From contig JAFNIX010000011.1 in assembly GCA_017601225.1 (NCBI GenBank), forward strand, positions 1,121-65,120: a stretch of DNA of 64,000 nucleotides. The letters run 5' to 3'. Positions 47,320-54,902 of the stretch are shown piece by piece. This DNA is from Candidatus Brockarchaeota archaeon. GTDB taxonomy: Archaea; Thermoproteota; EX4484-205; JAAOZP01. The translations under genes and the position numbers were made by a program. Each line of letters begins with the position of its first letter. Positions within the stretch are counted from its first letter, which is position 1. Under the pieces are notes generated by a model. It made no database searches and was not told where the DNA came from. It saw nothing but the letters and a program-made list of their open reading frames with translations.

Positions 47320-48351
47320 TTAGGCTAGATGTTCGTCTGGGAAATCCTCCTCTAGAGGCAGTGAAACTGATTTCTTTCTTAGAATAGAGATGACCCCCGC
47401 TATCGCCAATTCTAATGCCTTTCTCCCATCTTCTCCCGACACAGGGACAGGGGTATCCCTTTTTACACATTCTTTGAAAGCTTCCAGTTCAAGAAAGTAC
47501 GGATCTTTGGTTTCCAAGATAATTCTTTTCCTTTTTACTGAACCTCCGGTTAAAAAGATATCGATTTGTTTAGGATTGTTACTACCTATCCGAATCAATC
47601 CCTTGGTACCGATAACCTCAAGGTTATAGGTGAAAGGATAACCTTCAGGCATTATCCAACTTCCTTCAACGTAAGCGCCAAGCGTATTTTTAAACAAGAT
47701 GAAGGCCCTAGTATGATCGTGAGAATAAGCCCTTCTTACTAAGGTTCCGCCTTGGGCATATATCTCTCTTGCGTTCCCAAAAGTCCATATGAAGAAGTCA
47801 AGATCATGAATACTAGTGTCTATGAAAACACCGCCTCCCTTGTGGGGATCATTATGCCAATCTTTCCATACGGAAAAATTATGGGCAATCAGTCGATTGG
47901 CTTTTGCAAAAACAGGCATTCCAATTTCACCATCCATTATTAAACTCTTGGCCATTATGTATTCCGCCCAGAATCTTAGAACATGAGCAACCATAAGTTT
48001 CCTCCCTGAATTCCTAGCCTTGTTGATCATGCTTTCAGCATCCTTAAGTTTTAAGGCTACTGGTTTTTCAACAATAACATTCTTCCCGTATTCTAGTGCA
48101 GTCTCCGCGATCTCTTTGTGCGTATATGTTGGGGTGCACACATCCACTATATCCACAGAGCTGTCTTTTAAAACTGGATCTAGGTGTTCGTAAAAATTTG
48201 GTATATGAAATTTTTCACTCATCTGCTTAGCCCTCTCCCTTTCCACATCTACGCATGCTAAAAGCTCTACACCGCTTATAGACTTCCAACGATCAATGTG
48301 AATCTGACCTATGTTTCCGCAACCGACAACAGCCGCTCCCAAACTATTCAT
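47320..48351 (-). CDS. Gfo/Idh/MocA-family oxidoreductase
   Basis: LGAAVVGCGNIGQIHIDRW Rossmann motif, VDIVDVCTPTYTHKEIAETALEYGKNVIVEKPVA. AT-rich coding sequence. Confidence 0.85.
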   Translation of the reverse strand: MNSLGAAVVGCGNIGQIHIDRWKSISGVELLACVDVERERAKQMSEKFHIPNFYEHLDPVLKDSSVDIVDVCTPTYTHKEIAETALEYGKNVIVEKPVALKLKDAESMINKARNSGRKLMVAHVLRFWAEYIMAKSLIMDGEIGMPVFAKANRLIAHNFSVWKDWHNDPHKGGGVFIDTSIHDLDFFIWTFGNAREIYAQGGTLVRRAYSHDHTRAFILFKNTLGAYVEGSWIMPEGYPFTYNLEVIGTKGLIRIGSNNPKQIDIFLTGGSVKRKRIILETKDPYFLELEAFKECVKRDTPVPVSGEDGRKALELAIAGVISILRKKSVSLPLEEDFPDEHLA

Positions 48352-48373
48352 CTCACTCCAGAAAAACCCTTAG

Positions 48374-48382
48374 AATATAAAG
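48374..48382 (-). promoter_or_regulatory. TATA-box-like element (CTTTATATT on the minus strand) about 23-31 nt upstream of ATG 48351, consistent with a leaderless transcript
   Basis: The minus strand reads GGTAAAACCTTTATATTCTAAGGGTTTTTCTGGAGTGAG-ATG. Confidence 0.4.
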
Positions 48383-48616
48383 GTTTTACCTAATACCTTG
48401 ATTTAAAGTACTAGATGGAAAATATTTGCAACACCCCCTAACTACATGCGTTAGTACTAAAATATGGTGAACACCATTTAGACATACTGTTGAAAAGACG
48501 TTAATTGACTAAGCTCCAGCAAGAATGTACTAATTCTAATCTGGAAGCCAATACAATAGATTGCCTATGTTGAGATTTGAGAGTTAAGCCTGCTATTATG
48601 GAGCAAAATATTCTTG

Positions 48617-48629
48617 TTTTTTAAAAAAA
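48617..48629 (-). terminator. oligo-T tract (T7 on the minus strand) about 20 nt downstream of the paralog B stop; archaeal-type terminator candidate
   Basis: The minus strand after the stop reads …ACCCCATTTTTTTAAAAAACAAG. Confidence 0.35.
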
Positions 48630-48632
48630 TGG

Positions 48633-48660
48633 GGTTAAAACCTAGTGGTTAAAACCTAGC
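48633..48660. repeat. tandem duplication of a 14-nt unit spanning the stop codon of paralog B (ggttaaaacctagt / ggttaaaacctagc)
   Basis: Read directly, 13/14 identical. The second unit contains the stop and the last 3 codons (…ARF*). Confidence 0.85.
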
Positions 48661-50658
48661 GAACCATGCTGGCAAAGCTGTTCCGAAGAAAGTTATCAAG
48701 GCGCCGAAGAGCACTAAGCCGCCGAAGCCTATGCAGGCTCCCGTTGCCATTGGCAGCCATCTTTCTTCAAAAACTCTTGCACCGCCGAACTTGAGAACCG
48801 CATACTTTATAACGAAGGCTACAAGCCAAGTTGGCCACCACCCGTTCGGGAGCATCAGCATTCCTATCGGGTTTATGAAGAACCAGGTGAATCTAGCTCT
48901 TAAGAAGTAGATCAGCGGTGTGACGACTATTCCGAGCAATGCATAGCCCCAAGTTTCTTCTACTGTGAGGGCTGGAGGAGTACCGTATGTCCAGTTGTAT
49001 ATTCCTGGGAGAGACCAGTCATTGTAGCTTATCGAGTTGATTCTAGAATATCCTCCGAAGCTCGTCATGAACCATGGCCATATGAAGTAGACCGCAACTA
49101 GCGTTGAAAGCAGCGAGATTATGGTGATGTAGAGAACTTCCTTTCCTGACGTGTTGGTCTCGTAAGCCATCTTGTAGGATTTGAATCCATGGTGCATCGC
49201 CATGGAGCTCATTCTTAACCCTGTGCCATAGCTGTAATACATCAGTATCGTGTTGAAAGCTGCTGGAGATGGTCTGGGGCCCCACTGGCCTAGGAAAGTG
49301 CCTGTGTCAAACACTAGGTATGAATAGGTGTCTACGCTTGGCATGAACTCCTCAACTTCACCCATCATCCTTGTCCATCCAAACATGTAGAAAATGAAGA
49401 ATAGCGGTATGAATATGGCCATGATTATCGGCGAACCTGTGACGGTGAACAGGATGACTTGAAGCAGGTATGTGCCTATGGCTCCCCAGGCTAGGAGTCT
49501 ATAGGAAACTCCATCGTCCTCAGCCTTTTCCCCCTTCAGACCCTTCTTGAAGATTTCCAAAATATGCTGCCTATACTTGACCACAACGGTAGCAGCCAGA
49601 CCTAGTGATAGACCTATCCAGGAAAACTGCATCCATTTAAATGGGCCCAGGTTCCAAGGATATGCAAACTCGTTACCTGCTCCCGGTGTGAATGGGGCTA
49701 GGCCGGTTCTAACAGCTAAAGTTTGATAGATTACACCGAAGACAAACCAGTAAAGAACTGCTGTGGCCAGTGCATCTAAAGGTATGAACTGTGCTACGAA
49801 CACGTCAGTGACATAAAGGTTGCCGGAAGTTAATGCTCCGGGCAATGGGCCAGATGTTATAGCCAAAAGGTCTACTGGCCAGTTTGTGAGGGCATTGCCT
49901 CCGAAGGCCAGTGGCCAGAAGTTTATCACCTGCCCCGGAATCGAGAGCAATGCTCCAATTATGAAGCCTATCCAGAAGAGCTTCGTCAACCTAAGTCTAA
50001 AGTTGAAGAGAATGGGAGTTCCCTCTTCTTCCTCCGTGTAGTATTTAACAAGATACGTGTGAGGCGCTATGCCTGGGAAAGGCAGTCTCTCAGTTTCGAC
50101 TAATGGCTTTCTAAGGAAATAACCCCATATTGCCATTCCAATGAATTGCCCTATTCCCCAGACTATCCAGAAGAGAATTGGAACCAGCCAAGGACCTAGG
50201 TTGAAGGTGCCGCCATACCAGAAGGCACGCATCACCACGGGATCCTTAGGGACAATGAAGGCAGGGACTTTCTCATAGAAGACACTTTGGTATGCTTCGT
50301 TATTTAATCCAGAGGTTGAGAAACCTATGTTCCAATGTGGAAGCGGAGTGGTGGTCCAATAGCCGAATCCGTATGCAGCATACATTCCACCTGCTGTTAT
50401 GAAGCATACCACGAAGAATAATGTGACCTCCTGTGGGGAAAGCTTAAAACTTTTAGACATTTTGGTTAGTAAGTAGAATATTACTATATGCCAGAAGAAT
50501 GGCAACGGGAATATTAATGGATAGTTCCACCATGCTCCGAAGCCCTGTATTATTAGGTTTAGAAAGTATCCTACTGGAGGAATCAGTATTGCGGAAATTA
50601 TGATCCATGTTTTCAGGCCAGAAGGCTTAACCCTTTCCTTTGGAGCTGTTTCCCCCAA
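48649..50658 (-). CDS. 669-aa polytopic membrane protein, paralog B (OPT-superfamily-like, tentative)
   Basis: Same length as paralog A with no indels (constant 4056-nt offset). The first 35 residues are identical and the remainder is clearly diverged. Motif VETERLPFPGIAPHTYLV. Confidence 0.65.
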   Translation of the reverse strand: MGETAPKERVKPSGLKTWIIISAILIPPVGYFLNLIIQGFGAWWNYPLIFPLPFFWHIVIFYLLTKMSKSFKLSPQEVTLFFVVCFITAGGMYAAYGFGYWTTTPLPHWNIGFSTSGLNNEAYQSVFYEKVPAFIVPKDPVVMRAFWYGGTFNLGPWLVPILFWIVWGIGQFIGMAIWGYFLRKPLVETERLPFPGIAPHTYLVKYYTEEEEGTPILFNFRLRLTKLFWIGFIIGALLSIPGQVINFWPLAFGGNALTNWPVDLLAITSGPLPGALTSGNLYVTDVFVAQFIPLDALATAVLYWFVFGVIYQTLAVRTGLAPFTPGAGNEFAYPWNLGPFKWMQFSWIGLSLGLAATVVVKYRQHILEIFKKGLKGEKAEDDGVSYRLLAWGAIGTYLLQVILFTVTGSPIIMAIFIPLFFIFYMFGWTRMMGEVEEFMPSVDTYSYLVFDTGTFLGQWGPRPSPAAFNTILMYYSYGTGLRMSSMAMHHGFKSYKMAYETNTSGKEVLYITIISLLSTLVAVYFIWPWFMTSFGGYSRINSISYNDWSLPGIYNWTYGTPPALTVEETWGYALLGIVVTPLIYFLRARFTWFFINPIGMLMLPNGWWPTWLVAFVIKYAVLKFGGARVFEERWLPMATGACIGFGGLVLFGALITFFGTALPAWFARF

Positions 50659-50732
50659 CTTCTATCACCTTTTCACGCAAAAAAGTAATTTCCATCCGTA
50701 AATATAAAGCTTACTCCCATTATTTTCCCATA
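50491..50732. repeat. 242-bp near-identical repeat, copy B (partner 46435..46676)
   Basis: See copy A. Identity stops abruptly at cccata|ataggc versus cccata|ttaagg. Confidence 0.9.
50699..50709 (-). promoter_or_regulatory. TATA-box-like element upstream of paralog B (identical to 46643..46653)
   Basis: Part of the 242-bp repeat. SD AGGTGAT at 50664-50670. Confidence 0.45.
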
Positions 50733-50834
50733 ATAGGCGATGGAGCAAAAAGATTGAAGATGAAAAAGCGTCGGCACTTAGTTTTAAGCCATTTTGCATG
50801 CCTCGTCACACGCAAGCCATTAAAGCGATAGTCA

Positions 50835-51023
50835 TTAATCGCCCGCGATTCTCCTGTAAATGTAAAAGATGATGATTCCAGTCAACCCTATGATTATCAG
50901 CAGCAACGGGGGAGACAGGAAATCTCCCAGTGTTTGCACGATCAACCAAACAATCCCGATGAATAATATTGCGAGAAAAACCACGAGCACGATGCCAGCC
51001 TTATCACCGCTCAAGCCGGACAC
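50835..51023 (-). CDS. small two-TM membrane protein (62 aa or shorter)
   Basis: IVLVVFLAILFIGIVWLIVQTL and LLLIIIGLTGIIIFYIY hydrophobic segments. A decayed copy of its 3' end occurs at 37974..38036. The start is uncertain (GTG 51023 lies only about 10 nt from a TATA-like tttttataaatt). Confidence 0.5.
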   Translation of the reverse strand: MSGLSGDKAGIVLVVFLAILFIGIVWLIVQTLGDFLSPPLLLIIIGLTGIIIFYIYRRIAGD

Positions 51024-51341
51024 TCAACCTGTTTTTATAAATTATTGCTTTATTAACCTTATGAAGTGAATCCGACTGAAACAATAAGGATGGAAGCATA
51101 CTTGATGAGCATCAGTTGAAAGACCGAAAAGCCATTTCCATAGGGCTTGATGGAGGAAAGCTTGTAACACGCGTCCTTTTTCTAGCCGGGCAAATTAATT
51201 AAGGTAGTAGGCATCGTGCTGAGAAAGGCTTATGAATCGCACGCCCACTAAATCATATTTAATCCGTCGCTATCGTAGAATTAGAAATTCGACACTTATT
51301 AAAGCTTAAATAATACGGTCGTCGATAAATGCCGATGAAAG

Positions 51342-52040
51342 TTGGAGATATTCGATAGTTTCTCTAAGTCTGTCGACTATGTTTCGAAGCTGTTGTCAAG
51401 AGGATCGGAGCTCATAGTAATGATAATAGTCAACATAATTCCGATAGTCAACTTCATCTTCCTAGGCTACTGCGCCAAGATTTTTAAAGAGGGCCCCGCT
51501 AAGGACGAGCCGCCGAAGTTCGAGAATTTCGGAGAACTCTTTTGGGACGGGTTAAAGATATTCATCGTAGGGCTATTGTGGGCATTACTACCGATACTAA
51601 TACTCGTGGTGGCGTTCATCTTGGTCGCACCCTGGTACTGGATTGGCGGCGGACTCGGTTTCGCTCGACTCGGAGTCACGCTGATCATCGCCATATTCAT
51701 AGCGCTCTTAGCCGGCATAGCCGTGGGGATATTTGGAGTAATAGGTCTCCTTCTCACAGCGAAGACCGGGGAAATAGCTAAAGGTTTTTCCTTCCAGCAG
51801 ATAATGGCAGTGATAAACAGCGTCGGCTTCGCCAACCATGTTATCTGGGTGATTGTGGCAGCCATCATAGCGTTCATAGTGGGCTTGTTTGGAACGATTC
51901 CGCTGATCGGCTGGCTCATCGCCATAGTCGTATCGCCCCTGCTTGCAACCTTCCTAGTCAGAGCAGCAACACTCTTCTACTCGGACGCTGTTGAAAAAAC
52001 CCTACTCCCCCCACCACCGCCTCCGCCGCTATCCGTTTAA
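51342..52040 (+). CDS. DUF4013-like membrane protein with a poly-Pro tail
   Basis: IVNIIPIVNFIFLGYCAKIFKEGPAKDEPPKFENFGELFWDGLKIF resembles the DUF4013 N-terminal motif. About 5 TM segments. C-terminal LLPPPPPPPLSV. Confidence 0.6.
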   Translation: MEIFDSFSKSVDYVSKLLSRGSELIVMIIVNIIPIVNFIFLGYCAKIFKEGPAKDEPPKFENFGELFWDGLKIFIVGLLWALLPILILVVAFILVAPWYWIGGGLGFARLGVTLIIAIFIALLAGIAVGIFGVIGLLLTAKTGEIAKGFSFQQIMAVINSVGFANHVIWVIVAAIIAFIVGLFGTIPLIGWLIAIVVSPLLATFLVRAATLFYSDAVEKTLLPPPPPPPLSV

Positions 52041-52247
52041 CACCCTATTCAGGTTCCCCGCAAGCCTGATCGGAAACTTTTTCTCCGGCTCTTGCAACAA
52101 TTAACATGCTTCTGCAACTATAACTGGCAGTCGATTATGTGGCAAAAACATAGTGCTTCAGAAAATTCTTAAATCTCTTCCTCACAGTTGAACCCGGCGG
52201 CAATTCTGCATAAATGTTTTTTAAATCAGAAGGCTTTTTTACTCATC

Positions 52248-53066
52248 ATGGAAGACTGGGTTAGAAGAATTTTCATAGAAAGAGCTGGCCTTTTTCTCAA
52301 AATTATGAACGAGAGGTGGCTTAAAACAGAGGCTCTTGTCGACGGGATGATAAGGCTTCTTAAGGATTTCAGCGTTGAGGGTGGAAAGGTTTTAGACCTT
52401 TGCTGTGGAAACGGGAGGGTTGCAATATCCTTCGCTAAAAAGGGGTTCACAGCCGTAGGTATAGACTTATCCCCAACATTTATCGAGGACGCTAAAGCGA
52501 GGGCGAGGGAGCTAGGCGTCTCCAAGAAGGTTGACTTCATATGCGGCGATGTTCGAAGACTCCTTAGCCTAGTGCCAAAGGACTCTTGTTTCAACGTGGT
52601 GACCAGCGTCTGGACTTCAATAGGCTATTACACTAAGAGCGAAGACCTCGAGGTTTTCAAGCAGGCTAGACAGCTAACTAGAGAAGGAGGAATACTTTTC
52701 ATAGCTGAAACAGCCCACAGGGATTCTCTAAGCCTGAGAGTCTGCCCCTCGTCATTCACGATTCACGAGGATATTGTTCTGGTTGAGGAGACAAGGTGGG
52801 ATGCGAACACCTCTAGGCTTAGAACAACATGGTCTTTCTACGCGAAGAATGGTGACAACCTGAAGTTCATCGACAGAATTACGTTCGAAATATACATTTA
52901 TAGCTTAAGCGAGCTCGCATCAATGTTGAAAGAAGCAGGCTGGGAAACAGTCGCAACATATGGAAACCTAGCCTCGAGGCAACCGTTCACACCCTGGACA
53001 GAGTTAAACCTTGTTGCGAAAACCATTAAAAAAGGGAAATGTAAAGAACTGAATTTCAACACTTAA
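52248..53066 (+). CDS. class I SAM-dependent methyltransferase
   Basis: VLDLCCGNGRVAISFAKKGFTAVGIDLSPTFI. I chose the ATG at 52248 because the TATA-like ttttttaaat (52217-52226) lies about 21 nt upstream. Confidence 0.8.
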   Translation: MEDWVRRIFIERAGLFLKIMNERWLKTEALVDGMIRLLKDFSVEGGKVLDLCCGNGRVAISFAKKGFTAVGIDLSPTFIEDAKARARELGVSKKVDFICGDVRRLLSLVPKDSCFNVVTSVWTSIGYYTKSEDLEVFKQARQLTREGGILFIAETAHRDSLSLRVCPSSFTIHEDIVLVEETRWDANTSRLRTTWSFYAKNGDNLKFIDRITFEIYIYSLSELASMLKEAGWETVATYGNLASRQPFTPWTELNLVAKTIKKGKCKELNFNT

Positions 53067-53178
53067 TTGCACACTAATATTATGTGCCCATTACCATCCC
53101 ATAATTTGTTTATTTTCAATCGTAAGAAATAAAATTTATATATGGTGTCTGAAAGCGGTTCGCCGGGGGTGGAGGCTA

Positions 53179-54036
53179 ATGGTGTCTAGTCGAATAGTGG
53201 AACGGAGCTTAGAGGAGCTTGCGTATCCTCAGCATGGTGAAGTCTATAATCCTCTCGACCTGGGTAGGGTGGCGTTTCTCGGCGCGGGTCAGAAGTGGTA
53301 TGGTGCTGTTTTGGAGACTAGTGTTGAGAATGGTGTTGTCAGTAGGCTTGCTAAGATTGCTGAGAACGCTGGTGTCATGATAAGGTTCATTCAGTTCTCC
53401 AACGTTGAGCCTCACGACGGCCTTATGAGGGCGATAGTCTTCCTAGACTTCTCGAACACGAGCGTTACGCCGGAGGAGCTTTTAAGGCTCGCCAGAAAGC
53501 AGCCTTTCGTTAAGAGCGCCAACCTCATAACTCCCACGCTGAACGGAATACTCTCAGACACATATTTCTTCCCACTGGTCGTTGGGAAAAAGAGGGCAGT
53601 AATATTCAGGAGGAGAGTCTATGAGTCCCTGTTTAAGGGGATTAGGGAGAAGTTCGGTACAGCTGGGGAGGCGATGCTATACTACCAGGGCTTCGCCATC
53701 GGAAACAGGACATATCAAGCCTACAGGGAGGAAACAGGCCTAGAGAAGCCTGAAGAACTAGCAGGGTTTATGAAGATCTACCTTAGGACTATGGGCTGGG
53801 GGATAATGGACATCGTGAGCCTTAATGTTGAGAAAGGAGAAGCACAGATACGCATTCACCAAAGCTTCGAGTGTGAAACAGGCAAGGATAGCGAAACACC
53901 ATACGGTCACTTCACCAGAGGAATCCTAGCAGGATACTTCGCAAGCATATTCGAGAAAGAAGCGAAAGTCATAGAAACCAGATGCATAGCAAAAGGAGAC
54001 CCATACTGCGAATACATGATAAACACGCATGGCTGA
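53179..54036 (+). CDS. V4R (4-vinyl-reductase) domain protein with an ACT-like N-terminal domain; probable small-molecule sensor
   Basis: The C-terminal MGWGIMDIVSLNVEKGEAQIRIHQSFEC…PYGHFTRGILAGYFASIFEKEAKVIETRCIAKGDPYCEYMI is the V4R pattern. SD GGTGGAGG upstream. Confidence 0.75.
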   Translation: MVSSRIVERSLEELAYPQHGEVYNPLDLGRVAFLGAGQKWYGAVLETSVENGVVSRLAKIAENAGVMIRFIQFSNVEPHDGLMRAIVFLDFSNTSVTPEELLRLARKQPFVKSANLITPTLNGILSDTYFFPLVVGKKRAVIFRRRVYESLFKGIREKFGTAGEAMLYYQGFAIGNRTYQAYREETGLEKPEELAGFMKIYLRTMGWGIMDIVSLNVEKGEAQIRIHQSFECETGKDSETPYGHFTRGILAGYFASIFEKEAKVIETRCIAKGDPYCEYMINTHG

Positions 54037-54285
54037 AAAACTCTTTGCAAAATATTCAGAAAATCGGTGTTACAGGGTTGCATGAAAAACTTATTAAACA
54101 GCATCTTCCTCCAATACTTCGGGGAGGGGGGCCAAGAGAATTCTCTTAGCGCATGCATTATTGAAGAATCTGGTTCTCCACAAGACTCTTTTAACCACTG
54201 TATTTATGCATTCTTCCCTCTAAAAACAATGAGAGGATGGTTGAAAAAGCTCCAAGGATTTTGGGATGAATGAAGTAGGATTCGT

Positions 54286-54897
54286 CTAATCGAACTCCAC
54301 GTAGAACCAGAATCTCATCTTAGGATACTTATGGTGAAAACCTGTGGTCTTAGTTAGGAACGTCCCAACGTCTTTCATGAACGCATTAATGATGCCTAGA
54401 TTATCATTAATTTTCTTGTCAATCTCCTCGGTAGGCATGTCCCTCTTAGCTATTCGTTTAACGGCTTGCCACATTATCCTCCTATCCTCCTGGTTTTCTC
54501 GGCAGAGGAAAATTTCACCGCTTGCAAGAACCTTTATCTCGTCCTGCACCTCCTTCAAATCAAGTATTTCGCATGGCCAGAATACTCTTGGTACGATGTA
54601 GTCGCCATGACCCCAGGGATACTCGCTTCTTATCCAGGCCTTCACTTTCCGCCTCAGTTGCTCATACACCTCCCTTATCCCCTCTCGCTTCGAGAACTTG
54701 AGGTCGTATGCGGTAGCTAGGATGGTCGCCATATGTCTAAGCCCCTTCTGCCACAGGACATAGAATGCGTCTATACCAAGCCGCTCATCCGGAATGAGTA
54801 CAGGATGGTAAGAAATATCCCGCAGCTCCTTCTCCGCCTCAGATCTTTCCTCTTCCTTCTTCCATTTATAACAGACAAATAGATGATATTCGCCCAT
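54286..54897 (-). CDS. 203-aa hypothetical protein, last gene of the three-gene operon
   Basis: The ATG lies 5 nt after the stop of the 1820-aa gene. Soluble, Trp/Lys/Glu-rich (…FVCYKWKKEEERSEAEKELRD…YPWGHGDYIVPRVFWPCEILD…). I recognise no domain. Confidence 0.55.
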   Translation of the reverse strand: MGEYHLFVCYKWKKEEERSEAEKELRDISYHPVLIPDERLGIDAFYVLWQKGLRHMATILATAYDLKFSKREGIREVYEQLRRKVKAWIRSEYPWGHGDYIVPRVFWPCEILDLKEVQDEIKVLASGEIFLCRENQEDRRIMWQAVKRIAKRDMPTEEIDKKINDNLGIINAFMKDVGTFLTKTTGFHHKYPKMRFWFYVEFD

Positions 54898-54902
54898 CTC
54901 CT

